IMG/VR virus record: IMGVR_UViG_3300035156_000206
Span: 124,001-188,000 of that record
Reading direction: 5' to 3' (one strand)
DNA: 64,000 bases
The notes under the pieces are model-generated. The model did not search any database and was not told the DNA's origin. It was given only the letters and a program-made list of their open reading frames with translations. Both the position numbers and the translations under genes were made by a program. This document shows, one piece after another, positions 38,314 to 48,730 of this stretch. Numbering within the stretch: the stretch's first letter is position 1; each line of letters starts with the position of its first letter.

Positions 38314-38964
38314 ATGAATCAACAAATGCTTATCGAAACGTTGGCACCTGGCATGGCAAACATGATCAGTGAGTCAACTCAAGATGGTAAGAATACGTGG
38401 CTTTCAGGCGTCTTCATGCAGGCAGATATTCGTAATCGTAACAATCGAGTCTACCCAATGCGTGAGATCGCTGAAGCGGTCAACAATGCGAATCTCATCA
38501 TTCAAGAGACGAACGGAATCTTCGGAGAGTTGGATCATCCTCAGACGCTGTCTATCAATATGGATCGTGTATCGCATGTGATCACAAGCCTCCGTATGGA
38601 AGGTGCCAACGCAGTCGGCAAGATGAAGATCTTGTGCGGCCAAAATGGTACACCATGTGGTAACATTGCAAAAGCTCTGATCGAGAGTGGCGTCCGCGTT
38701 GGCGTTAGCTCACGTGGTGCTGGTGCAGTGAATGAGAGTGGTGAAGTGAATGGTTTCAATTTTGTGACCATTGATATCGTTGCCACACCTAGTGCACCAG
38801 GTGCGCGTCCTAACTCGTTGATCGAGTCACTGGAAGCAAATGCATCGGGACGCCTGGTTCTGACCCTGGCTGAGCAAATGCAACAAGATGAAGCTGCACA
38901 AAAGTACTTCAAAGCGGAAATCATGCGCTTTGTCAACCTCAACTTATTTGCCAAGAGCAAGTAA
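38314..38964 (+). CDS. Prohead core protease (T4 gp21-like)
   Basis: RNRNNRVYP, GELDHP, GVSSRGAG, DIVATPSAPGA. Confidence 0.95.
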   Translation: MNQQMLIETLAPGMANMISESTQDGKNTWLSGVFMQADIRNRNNRVYPMREIAEAVNNANLIIQETNGIFGELDHPQTLSINMDRVSHVITSLRMEGANAVGKMKILCGQNGTPCGNIAKALIESGVRVGVSSRGAGAVNESGEVNGFNFVTIDIVATPSAPGARPNSLIESLEANASGRLVLTLAEQMQQDEAAQKYFKAEIMRFVNLNLFAKSK

Positions 38965-38986
38965 TCAACACAATTAGGAGATCAAG

Positions 38987-39418
38987 ATGGACTTTAAAGA
39001 ACAACTGGGCACGCTTATCGATGCCATGTTAGCAAACAAGGATGACGAAGCTAAAGCTGCGTTCCACGCCTACTCAGTCGCCAAGACTTCAAAGCTGGTA
39101 GCCGAAGGCGAAATGCCTAAGGGATTCGTTCCGTTCAAGAAAAAGGGCGAGAAGGACGAAGACAAAGACGACAAGTCTGCCAAGAAGGATGACGGCAAGT
39201 CAGACGACAAGGATGAAGATGACAAAAAGGACAAGCCTAAAAAAGGCGTGAACCCTTTTGCCAAGAAGGATGACGACAAGTCTGATGACAAGAAGGACGA
39301 CGACAAAAAGGACGACGACAAAAAGGACGACAAGAAATCGGACAAGAAGGATGACGACAAGTCAGACGACAAGGCCGACAAAAAGTCAAAAAAGGATGAC
39401 AACAAGGACGAAGAGTAA
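38987..39418 (+). CDS. Highly charged prohead core/internal peptide protein (gp67-like)
   Basis: K/D low-complexity repeats (KKDDDK); lies between protease and scaffold; AGGAG RBS. Confidence 0.65.
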   Translation: MDFKEQLGTLIDAMLANKDDEAKAAFHAYSVAKTSKLVAEGEMPKGFVPFKKKGEKDEDKDDKSAKKDDGKSDDKDEDDKKDKPKKGVNPFAKKDDDKSDDKKDDDKKDDDKKDDKKSDKKDDDKSDDKADKKSKKDDNKDEE

Positions 39419-39534
39419 TCATTCGTATTGAAACAACTAACACCTTGGTTTAACAGGGTTAGTTGTTTGTTTAGGTGGTCAGCTTCGGCTGCCGCCTAAA
39501 TATGTTTAATAATCAATGGATTAGGAGATTTAGC

Positions 39535-40455
39535 ATGGATGAATTACTGAAGCAATTGTTCGAATCTGAAGTTCTTTCAGAAGAAACAAAAACTCAACTG
39601 CAAGAAGCGATGGCCTCTCAAATGGCTGACATGATTGCAGAAACCAAAACTGCCACCGAAGAAGCTGTTCGTCTGGAACTGGCTGAGCAATGGGTCACTA
39701 CTCGTGAAACATTGATCGAAGCTATCGACACCAAAGTGTCCGATCTGCTGGAAGCCGAAATCACTGAACTGCACAGCGACATTGCTGCATTCCGTGACCT
39801 GGAAGTTGAATACGCTGGCAAGCTGACAGAAGCAAAACAAGAAATGGCTGTTCAGGTAAAATCTGATATGGCTCAACTGATCGAAAAGCTGGACGCGTTC
39901 CTGGAACTGCGCATCGCTGAAGAGTTCGCTGAACTGAAGACATCAATCGACGAAGCCAAAAAGAATGACTTTGGTCGCCGTGTTGTTGAAGCCTTCATGG
40001 GTGAATACCAAGCCAAGTTTGTCGACGAAAACGAAGTACATGCAAAACTGGAAGAAGCAGAAGCTAAACTGCAAGCTGTTACGGCAAAACTGAACGAAGC
40101 ATCGTCAACACGTGCTAAGCTCGAGCGTACCATCAAGCTGGAAAACCTCCTGTCACCTCTCGCCGGTACGCACCGTCAGCTGATGGAAACTATTCTGTCG
40201 ACTGTCAAAACCAACGAATTGGACAAGGCTTACACCAAGTTCATCGGTCGTGTCATGAAAGAAGATGCTGCTCCAACCAATGCCCAGGAAGACAAAGTAC
40301 TGGCCGAAGGTAAAGAAGTACCTGCTGCTGACAAGGCAACCGTAGTAAAAACCGGCGATTCTTTAACAGAATCCCAAAACCTGAACGCCACTGTTTCTGC
40401 GCTGTCTGACGACGAAAAGCGTAAATTACAGCGTATGGCTGGCATTGCTTACTAA
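39535..40455 (+). CDS. Prohead core scaffold protein (T4 gp22-like)
   Basis: Acidic coiled coil; FGRRVVEAF; directly upstream of the major capsid gene. Confidence 0.85.
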   Translation: MDELLKQLFESEVLSEETKTQLQEAMASQMADMIAETKTATEEAVRLELAEQWVTTRETLIEAIDTKVSDLLEAEITELHSDIAAFRDLEVEYAGKLTEAKQEMAVQVKSDMAQLIEKLDAFLELRIAEEFAELKTSIDEAKKNDFGRRVVEAFMGEYQAKFVDENEVHAKLEEAEAKLQAVTAKLNEASSTRAKLERTIKLENLLSPLAGTHRQLMETILSTVKTNELDKAYTKFIGRVMKEDAAPTNAQEDKVLAEGKEVPAADKATVVKTGDSLTESQNLNATVSALSDDEKRKLQRMAGIAY

Positions 40456-40489
40456 ATAGTAGTATAAGAAACATTTAAGGAGATTCAAG

Positions 40490-41815
40490 ATGGACTTACA
40501 AACAAAATGGGCAGAAGAAAAAGTTGCCTTGCTGGAAGGCCTGGAAGGCAAACAACGCGAGACCGTTGGACAGGTTCTGGAAAATCAACGCAATTACGTT
40601 CTGAACGAAACAGCAGCTGAAGGTTCGACCTCAGCAAGCAACATCGCTGGTTTCCGTAAGATCATGATTCCAATGATTCGTCGTATTATCCCTGGCACTA
40701 TTGCTCAGGAACTCGTTGGTGTTCAGCCAATGGAAGGCCCAGTTGGCCTGGTTTACTCGCTGCGCTTTAAGTACGCCGAGTCAGTTACTACTTCGACTTC
40801 GCCAAACGGTGACATCGTTGCTGGTGACGAAATCTGGGGTAACGCAAACCCAATCCGTCGTTTCTATTCGAGCGGCACTGGCGTAGCACAAGTTGCTGGC
40901 GCTGGCGGTATGGGTGCACCTGCACCAGGCGCAATCACTGGAACAGCAAACGGTAACGCATGGGGTTCGACCCTGGACGCGGCTGCTGGTTGTACAGTTG
41001 GTGGTGCTGGTTCGTTCCTGGAAGGTTCAGGCGGTCGTAAGTCGAGCTTCGAGATCGTTTCGCAAGCTGTTGAAGCTGGTACGCGTAAGCTGCAAACTGG
41101 TTGGACTATCGAAGCAATGCAAGATGCTAAGAACCAACACGGTATCGACATCGAGTCAGAAATGACCAAAACGATCTCTGCACAAATCGTGCAAGAAATC
41201 GACAACGAAATCATCACGGACTTGACAGCTCTGGCTGGCACCGTAGCAACATGGGACGGTGCTCTGCCATCAGCTCCAGGCTACTACCGTCCAACATTCA
41301 TCGGCGATCGCTTCGCGAACCTCGGTGTGATGATCTCGTACGTTGCGAATGAAATCGCTCGTAAGACCCGTCGTGGTCCAGGTAACTTCATCGTTGTTTC
41401 GCCAATGATGTTGACCGTTCTGCAACAGGCTGTTAAGTCCCAGTTCGCACCAGCAGTTCGTGGTTCGTTCAAAGGCCCTAACAACACCCAATTGGTTGGT
41501 ACCCTCAACGGTACAATCAAGGTCTACAGCTACCTGTGGAACCAAACACAATCGACCGACGTTGGTGGTACAGGCGACGACACGATTCTGGTTGGCTACA
41601 AAGGCGGTGACGGTGAATCGGACGCAGGTTACTTCTACTGCCCATACATCCCACTGATGAGCTCAGGCGTTATCACTAACCCTGTGACCTTCCAGCCAGT
41701 CGTATCGCTGATGACTCGTTACGGTAAGACATACTTTACCAACCCAACGACTTCGCTCGGCAACTCGGCTGACTACTACGGTAAGATCAACGTCACTAAC
41801 CTGTCGTTCGCTTAA
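40490..41815 (+). CDS. Major capsid protein (T4 gp23-like)
   Basis: IRRIIPGTIAQELVGVQPM, RKLQTGWTIEAMQD, EIDNEII, GYFYCPYIPL, MTRYG. Confidence 0.97.
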   Translation: MDLQTKWAEEKVALLEGLEGKQRETVGQVLENQRNYVLNETAAEGSTSASNIAGFRKIMIPMIRRIIPGTIAQELVGVQPMEGPVGLVYSLRFKYAESVTTSTSPNGDIVAGDEIWGNANPIRRFYSSGTGVAQVAGAGGMGAPAPGAITGTANGNAWGSTLDAAAGCTVGGAGSFLEGSGGRKSSFEIVSQAVEAGTRKLQTGWTIEAMQDAKNQHGIDIESEMTKTISAQIVQEIDNEIITDLTALAGTVATWDGALPSAPGYYRPTFIGDRFANLGVMISYVANEIARKTRRGPGNFIVVSPMMLTVLQQAVKSQFAPAVRGSFKGPNNTQLVGTLNGTIKVYSYLWNQTQSTDVGGTGDDTILVGYKGGDGESDAGYFYCPYIPLMSSGVITNPVTFQPVVSLMTRYGKTYFTNPTTSLGNSADYYGKINVTNLSFA

Positions 41816-41840
41816 TCGCAGTAACAGTTGGAAAACAAAA

Positions 41841-41874
41841 AGCCCTCTTCGGAGGGCTTTTTTATTGTCTGGTG
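41841..41874 (+). terminator. Terminator; left copy of a 33/34-bp direct repeat
   Basis: agccctc-TTCG-gagggc-T6-attgtctggtg. Confidence 0.85.
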
Positions 41875-41960
41875 GATCCGCTCCGAACAACAGGGCATTC
41901 CAAATCTTACCACAAAAATAACACCCGCGCATAAATATCCACAAATATAAGGAGAACAAT

Positions 41961-42163
41961 ATGGAATTCAGTCGCTGGGCAGAACAAGTTATATCTGGGG
42001 CACTAGATACGGAGGGACACTTTTTTCCTCTGGATTCGCTCCAACAAACGCTAACACGTGATGCTGGAACAGGAAATGTAACAAAAATCGTTGCTACCAA
42101 TGGGACCAACACGTGGACACAAACCATGACGTACACTAGTGGCTTGCTGACAAATATTTCTGG

Positions 42164-42179
<16 letters not shown>
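41961..42179 (+). CDS. Small virion-associated hypothetical protein
   Basis: CATAAATA late promoter; AAGGAG RBS; YD-like [11 protein letters not shown] end. Confidence 0.65.
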
Positions 42180-43233
<1,054 letters not shown>

Positions 43234-43234
<1 letters not shown>

Positions 43235-44019
43235 TGACACAACGTAAAGTTGCTTTGATTATTGGCTACGGTCAATCTAATGAGCGTGGCACGGGAGTGG
43301 CACCTCGACTTGCCGGTACAGCAGTTCTTAGTTCTGATACAGCAAACAACGTTCGCCATACGGCCGTCTTTGGACAAGCAAATGTCAGCTTGACCACAAC
43401 TGCACCTTATGTTGAACCTTGTTCGATTTTTCAGAAGGTGGGTGAACACCTGGCTATGGAAACAGGATGGGTAGTGAACGTGGTGAACAAAGCTGTTGGT
43501 GGAACTGCTGCTACAGATTCTTGGTGCGGATGGGATTCAACCAACAACCGCATCAAAACGTCGGGCGAGTCAGGATACGATCCTTCAGGTCTGATTGCTG
43601 CGTTTGTTGCTGCAATTACTAGTGCTGTTGCACAAGGGTATGAAGTTTGGACCATTACCGCAGGACACCAACAAGACATTACTCTAGGTCGCCCAGTGGA
43701 TCAAGTTATTGCTGCATCAGTATACATTCAACAATTAGCAATTGCTGCTGGTGCTACTAAGGTGTTTGTTGGTAAGACCCCACGTTACATTGGTGGCGCT
43801 ACTGAAGCTGAATGGAATACAGGCGGAAAGATCCATCTGATCGCAGCGGGTGTACTCGCAGGTATCCCAGGATCATACGCAGGAGCTGATTTGTCAACCA
43901 ACACTGACACCAAACTGTGCGCAACTGATAACATCCAGTACATTCACTTGAACCACGCTGGAGTTTGTTGGGCAGCAGAGAAGTGGCTGATTGCGATGAA
44001 ACCTGTTTTTAGTGCTTAA
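43234..44019 (+). CDS. SGNH/sialate O-acetylesterase-like hydrolase
   Basis: GYGQSN block I, AVGGT block II, D..xIHLN block V. Confidence 0.65.
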
Positions 44020-44022
44020 ACG

Positions 44023-44055
44023 AGCCCTCTTCGGAGGGCTTTTTATTGTCTGGTG
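44023..44055 (+). terminator. Terminator; right copy of the direct repeat
   Basis: agccctc-TTCG-gagggc-T5-attgtctggtg. Confidence 0.85.
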
Positions 44056-44106
44056 TTTTTGAGAGACTTGATGTACAATCAAACATTGTCTCCACTCTAC
44101 ACAGAT

Positions 44107-44541
44107 ATGACACCAGTTGACCAACAATTTATGAAAGTGCCTGAGATAGGACAAGCAGGCGATTGTGCAAGAGCAGCGATAGCAACCCTGCTAGATCTTC
44201 CTTTAATCGATGTTCCCCACTTTCTCCAAGAAGTATTGGATGGCAAGACGAGCGAAAAAGGATCCCTTGGATTCTACGGCTATATTGATGATTGGCTTGA
44301 GGATCGTGGCTACATTATGCAATGGCAACACAATCCAATATACCACCCAGTGGGCACGTACTGCTACATTAGTGGACCAAGTCCAAATATTGTAGGTGGG
44401 TGGCATGCTTGTGTTGGGCAAATACAAGAGGATCGCACAATCAAACTATTGCACGATCCTCACCCGCTTAAGAAAGGCTTGTTAGAGCCTGAACGCTGGA
44501 AGTTTAGCTTTTTGGTGAAACATCGTCGATCAGTGTCTTGA
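44107..44541 (+). CDS. Hypothetical protein, possibly papain-like (Cys-His-Asp)
   Basis: Q...GDCARAAIA, WHACV, HDPHP. Confidence 0.5.
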   Translation: MTPVDQQFMKVPEIGQAGDCARAAIATLLDLPLIDVPHFLQEVLDGKTSEKGSLGFYGYIDDWLEDRGYIMQWQHNPIYHPVGTYCYISGPSPNIVGGWHACVGQIQEDRTIKLLHDPHPLKKGLLEPERWKFSFLVKHRRSVS

Positions 44542-45538
44542 TGCTTGGCCGGCTATACGGCACGTGGGGCTTCTTCCCATCAAACTGTTCGTAGATGTAG
44601 TGGGTGAACTGGCTTTGCAGCTGTCCATCCACCATACGGGCACCAAAGGCGCCGTACACAGCTTTGAACTTACGGCCAGTCTCGGCATTCTCGTAAGGCA
44701 CCACTGCGATTGAGGACATGAAGTTCTCCAGCTTGCGCAGACTTGGCTTTTCGTAGAACAGCTCGGTGATCCAACCATTGATCTCGATTTCACCACCACT
44801 GCCGATGTTCTTCTGGGTGAAAATCCCCTTCCAGAATGTGGAATCGTGGAACACAAAGGAGGTGAGTATCTGATCCAGTACACCATGCACAACACGCATG
44901 TAACCAGCAGCACCTGTCAAACCAACTGAGTCAAACAGCTTGGCAATGCCATCCGCACTATTCACCAGGCTGTCCCAGTCAGCAACGGTGCCGCCTACTT
45001 CGACTTCTGGGATACCACAACAGAAGGTCATGTAGTTGTAGTACGCCTGTACACCGTCAAGCAATGCAGCACATAGCGCAAGCCTGGATTCTTTTGTCAG
45101 TGTCGACAGCTCAGGCACAAACATTGCTTGGTCCGTAGGCATAAGACTGGTCAGCTGATCCATCACCGAATCGAGATCCATTTGTGTTGGGTCAGTTGTA
45201 GGCACCATGATGGTGACCTTATCATCAGACCGGGTGAACAGTGGACGGCAGGCTTCCGTGTTGGCCTTGATGATCTTGGCAACCTCACACATCACAATGA
45301 ACCAGAGATCCTGAGGGAGGATCAACATCTTCTGGTGGGTTGAGTACGCGGTGCTCAATGTACCCACGAAGCCAAGTGCTGGATACACATCGGCTTCTTC
45401 TGGTGGCATTGCTGTCACCAGCTTGAAGTGATTCTGCTCGGTGTTGAGCTTCACTTCGAGGCTGCTGACGATCTGCAACACTTCCTTCCTGCGACGGATT
45501 GGTGTTGCTTCGAGACTTGCATCGATTACTACTTTCAT
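44504..45538 (-). CDS. DUF4419-like protein
   Basis: AYSTHQKMLILPQDLW, CGIPEVEVGGTVADW, FW...GSGG..INGWIT. Confidence 0.7.
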   Translation of the reverse strand: MKVVIDASLEATPIRRRKEVLQIVSSLEVKLNTEQNHFKLVTAMPPEEADVYPALGFVGTLSTAYSTHQKMLILPQDLWFIVMCEVAKIIKANTEACRPLFTRSDDKVTIMVPTTDPTQMDLDSVMDQLTSLMPTDQAMFVPELSTLTKESRLALCAALLDGVQAYYNYMTFCCGIPEVEVGGTVADWDSLVNSADGIAKLFDSVGLTGAAGYMRVVHGVLDQILTSFVFHDSTFWKGIFTQKNIGSGGEIEINGWITELFYEKPSLRKLENFMSSIAVVPYENAETGRKFKAVYGAFGARMVDGQLQSQFTHYIYEQFDGKKPHVPYSRPSIKTLIDDVSPKS

Positions 45539-45546
45539 GTATGTTC

Positions 45547-45858
45547 CTAACGGTCGTTTACGAATTTGTGGAGACGCTTCTTGGCTTTTGCAGCCTTGAT
45601 CCCTTTCCAACGTTTCACTTCTTTATCTGCCAATCCACTCTTGATCATGTTCTTGATGCCCCACAGACCATAATAGTTCAATGCATCTAACATGGCTTGT
45701 GCAAGACTCTCACCGCCAGGGTTCTTTCGTGCATTTCTTCCAAGGAAGATAATGTACTCCCGCAGCTCGTAAGGAATGCAAAACTTGAGCATCCCCTCGT
45801 GCATGGCCGTGCGGGAGGCATCGATACCTCCCGTAAGCTTAAACTCGATCGTGTTCAT
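45547..45858 (-). CDS. Hypothetical basic protein
   Basis: TAATG coupling to the radical SAM gene. Confidence 0.65.
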   Translation of the reverse strand: MNTIEFKLTGGIDASRTAMHEGMLKFCIPYELREYIIFLGRNARKNPGGESLAQAMLDALNYYGLWGIKNMIKSGLADKEVKRWKGIKAAKAKKRLHKFVNDR

Positions 45859-46787
45859 TACAGTTCGCGTGGAGCGTGTACGATAGGGATGGAACGGCCG
45901 ATGCTTGGCTTAGCCAGTTCAGGATGTTGACGCATCCAGTCTTGGACGAACCAGAGCTGGCCGCAACCGCCGCCGATATCATCTTGACCTGCAGGATCGA
46001 AACAGCGAGTGGAGTAGCCGTAACCATTCAGCAGACTCATGAAGTCTTCGGCCAGCTGACGTTGGCGGATGTTCGCGGCCGCAACAGCTTCATCACGCTC
46101 ACACACGACCGAGATTGTCGCCTGCCATACACCTGGATTGAACAAACGATAGATGCGAGCAGCATCTTCTGGTGACGTATTGTCCGCGTGTGCGCAGTAG
46201 TTGAAGAATGGCATGCGTCCGGTGGCTGCAAACCACTTCTCGCCTTCTTGGCTGATTTCGTACAGATCAAGCTTGGCCTTGAACGGCACCAGCTTGTCAC
46301 GCGCTTCGTCAGTGCTCTCATGAACACTGAACTGGAGGCCGATGTTGGGGAATTCAACCGAGAGGTTGCGAATGGCTTCGTAGTCTGCCTTTGGTGCCGA
46401 TGTGCTAATCAGCAAAGCAAACCGTGGGTACTTCTCGCTGAGCATGCGAATGGCCCCGGACAGTCCCTTGATGTTGAGCAATGGCTCACCCATCGACATG
46501 AACATGATTTGGCACCGTTCGACTTTTTCAGGATCGATATTGCGATCCGCAAACAGGTGGTCAACCTGTGCAACGATCTCTTCAGCGGTCAGTGACCGGA
46601 CAAAGGAGTCGCCGGCGCCACAGAAGCGGCAACCAACTGGACAGCCACTTTGGGTGGAGCAGCAGATCACCGTGCGTGCTTCGTAGGTGGGATATTTGTA
46701 CAGTACTGCTTCAGCAACGGCATTGCCAAAGTCGAACACATACTTGCTGACATTCTCGTCAGTTGAATCAACGCGCTTGACGTCCAT
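45858..46787 (-). CDS. RlmN/Cfr-family radical SAM methyltransferase-like protein lacking the N-terminal domain
   Basis: ICCSTQSGCPVGCRFC, MSMGEP, QFSVH, DIGGGCGQL. Confidence 0.85.
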   Translation of the reverse strand: MDVKRVDSTDENVSKYVFDFGNAVAEAVLYKYPTYEARTVICCSTQSGCPVGCRFCGAGDSFVRSLTAEEIVAQVDHLFADRNIDPEKVERCQIMFMSMGEPLLNIKGLSGAIRMLSEKYPRFALLISTSAPKADYEAIRNLSVEFPNIGLQFSVHESTDEARDKLVPFKAKLDLYEISQEGEKWFAATGRMPFFNYCAHADNTSPEDAARIYRLFNPGVWQATISVVCERDEAVAAANIRQRQLAEDFMSLLNGYGYSTRCFDPAGQDDIGGGCGQLWFVQDWMRQHPELAKPSIGRSIPIVHAPREL

Positions 46788-46817
46788 TTTAGTTACCCTT
46801 CAGTTGAAAGAAAGTTA

Positions 46818-46846
46818 ACTATACTGGGTAACTAAAATATTGTCAA
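46818..46846 (-). promoter_or_regulatory. Sigma70-type promoter for the radical SAM operon
   Basis: TTGACA-17 bp-TATAGT on the minus strand. Confidence 0.75.
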
Positions 46847-46849
46847 CTG

Positions 46850-47017
46850 TTACTCCTTATAATAGCAAAACCATTTACCAAACACCCAGTAGCAGTGTTG
46901 CTCCTTGGACATATCATTAGTATTACCACATCCTGCCCATTTGCAACGAGCAATGCCAGTATTATATCCTGCAGAGGATCTTTTCTGGCACTTGGTGCAG
47001 AACCAATAGTACATCAT
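46850..47017 (-). CDS. 55-aa Cys/aromatic-rich protein (absent from the ORF track)
   Basis: MMYYWFCTKCQKRSSAGYNTGIARCKWAGCGNTNDMSKEQHCYWVFGKWFCYYKE; ATGA overlap with the upstream gene. Confidence 0.55.
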   Translation of the reverse strand: MMYYWFCTKCQKRSSAGYNTGIARCKWAGCGNTNDMSKEQHCYWVFGKWFCYYKE

Positions 47018-47352
47018 AATGCACAGGTACCAGCCACAGGATAGTATTTGCCCCGGCGACTTTGAACAATGCGTACGTTGGTCCTAACTGGCACTTTCGG
47101 CTTCTCCTGGTGATAAGGGATGACAGAGTCTTGCATTGTCAGTTTCATTAAGTTGGATTTCCACACGTACAGCCTCTGTCCCTCGACTGAGATATTGTAG
47201 CCGGCCTCATTCTGATTGTTGAAGTACGCAATACACAGTTTAAGCGGACGCAGTTCACCACTCACTTTAATGCTGTATAACTGCTTGTCCTCAGTATTCC
47301 AAAAGTATCCCGGATACTTGATAGCTACAAACGGTGGCGGCAGTGTAATCAT
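47014..47352 (-). CDS. Hypothetical protein
   Basis: ATGA overlaps at both ends. Confidence 0.65.
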   Translation of the reverse strand: MITLPPPFVAIKYPGYFWNTEDKQLYSIKVSGELRPLKLCIAYFNNQNEAGYNISVEGQRLYVWKSNLMKLTMQDSVIPYHQEKPKVPVRTNVRIVQSRRGKYYPVAGTCAL

Positions 47353-47771
47353 GGCAGGATCCCCAGCATAGCTAATTGCATTTTCAGACGTGTATAATCA
47401 GCCCACACTTTCTTTGGTAAGTCTTCTACCTCTTTTCCAGACATCGCGTCGTACTTAGCAGTCAGAGTCTTGTACAGTTCGATGGTAGGAGCGTACTCTT
47501 TGGTCCGCTCAGCTATTCTGTCCTCTGGTGATACCATCGGAGCGAGCTCGACTGTTGTAGTGACGGTGTAGACGGCTACCTGAGCCATCTTATAATCTTC
47601 GCTGTTGCGGGCTAAGTCGTCACATGCTGCTATTGCAGCTTCGCGGCTCTTGAATGATTTGCCTAGGCATGCTTTAGTTGGATCTTGGGTAAAGCGTTGT
47701 TGCTCCCAGACTGCACCATCATATACATAGCCAAATGGCGGAATGAATATGCCATAACGTACTTGTTTCAT
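47349..47771 (-). CDS. Hypothetical early protein
   Basis: AGGAGG RBS; TTGACA-16 bp-TATGAT promoter at about 47797-47824. Confidence 0.7.
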   Translation of the reverse strand: MKQVRYGIFIPPFGYVYDGAVWEQQRFTQDPTKACLGKSFKSREAAIAACDDLARNSEDYKMAQVAVYTVTTTVELAPMVSPEDRIAERTKEYAPTIELYKTLTAKYDAMSGKEVEDLPKKVWADYTRLKMQLAMLGILP

Positions 47772-47888
47772 GTCACCCTCCTGATTAGATTCGATAATCA
47801 TACAAGGGTCTAGGAATATGTCAACAACTCGTTGTAAATTATTCAGATTTCTGTACAATGCAAAGCATGTCTCTTTAACGGATAAAAT

Positions 47889-48086
47889 ATGGCACACGAC
47901 CACGAACACACAGAACACTATCACACAGACGAAAAGGGTGTACTCGTCAAGTGCTACCACCAATGCAAGGCACTCCTTGCGATGCCATCATTTTGGATTG
48001 GGTCAACAATCAGCTTTCCGCTGGAGCACTTTATCTGGGAAAAACTTCCTGGGTTTAGCCATCTAGCCCATTGGATGGGGATGTAA
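47889..48086 (+). CDS. Small His-rich putative membrane protein
   Basis: MAHDHEHTEHYH followed by a hydrophobic segment; TAATG coupling. Confidence 0.55.
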   Translation: MAHDHEHTEHYHTDEKGVLVKCYHQCKALLAMPSFWIGSTISFPLEHFIWEKLPGFSHLAHWMGM

Positions 48087-48613
48087 TGAGATTCGATCTT
48101 CCTCAAGAGCAATTAAATGATGTCAGGCGGTCAGTGGACGATCCCGACTACTTTACCCAGAAGTTCCTGCACATCCCATTGGTGGACTTAGATGTCGAGG
48201 TTCCAATCACACAAGATCCAAAGTTGGGATGCATGCAATTGTGTGCATACGTCGTCTGGCACTTGATCTTCCGAATGGAGCAGACTGTTGTAGTTATCTC
48301 CCCGACTATGGAACATCGCCAGTCGATGAATACCATAGTCACTGATATGTTAGCTATGATACCAGCATGGTTCAGTGTTAATGTCAGAGAAGGGCTGAAG
48401 ACTCGCATTGTCTTGGGAAACAATTCTCGAGCTGTGTTTGCTGTTGCTTCTTCTGCACCAATCCGTGGTGAAGCTGTGAATACGTTTGTGTTTCCCAAGT
48501 ACGATCAAGTGAAAGAATACATCAAGTTTGAGATGATACAGTACTTGCTTCCAATGTTGTATACACACGCAACTGTAGTGATGTCTGGAACGGACGAGCG
48601 ACTGGATTACTGA
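48086..48613 (+). CDS. Degenerate paralog of the terminase large-subunit ATPase domain
   Basis: Colinear with TerL residues about 18-205, but Walker A is deleted and Walker B DE is changed to PK. Confidence 0.75.
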   Translation: MRFDLPQEQLNDVRRSVDDPDYFTQKFLHIPLVDLDVEVPITQDPKLGCMQLCAYVVWHLIFRMEQTVVVISPTMEHRQSMNTIVTDMLAMIPAWFSVNVREGLKTRIVLGNNSRAVFAVASSAPIRGEAVNTFVFPKYDQVKEYIKFEMIQYLLPMLYTHATVVMSGTDERLDY

Positions 48614-48632
48614 TCCCACTTCTCCAATCAAA

Positions 48633-48660
48633 CAAACCCGCTTCGGCGGGTTTCTTTTTG
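48633..48660 (+). terminator. Rho-independent terminator
   Basis: aaacccgc-TTCG-gcgggttt-ctttttg. Confidence 0.8.
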
Positions 48661-48730
48661 TCCAGTAAATAGCTTACGTTGTTGAAGCCACTATTCATGC
48701 ATAGTTTTTGTGTATCAATTGTCCCAAGGC

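Noticed and set aside
45858-46787. Calling the gene cfr (antibiotic resistance) or rlmN
   Set aside because: Family motifs are clear, but the N-terminal domain is missing and C2 versus C8 specificity cannot be read from the sequence
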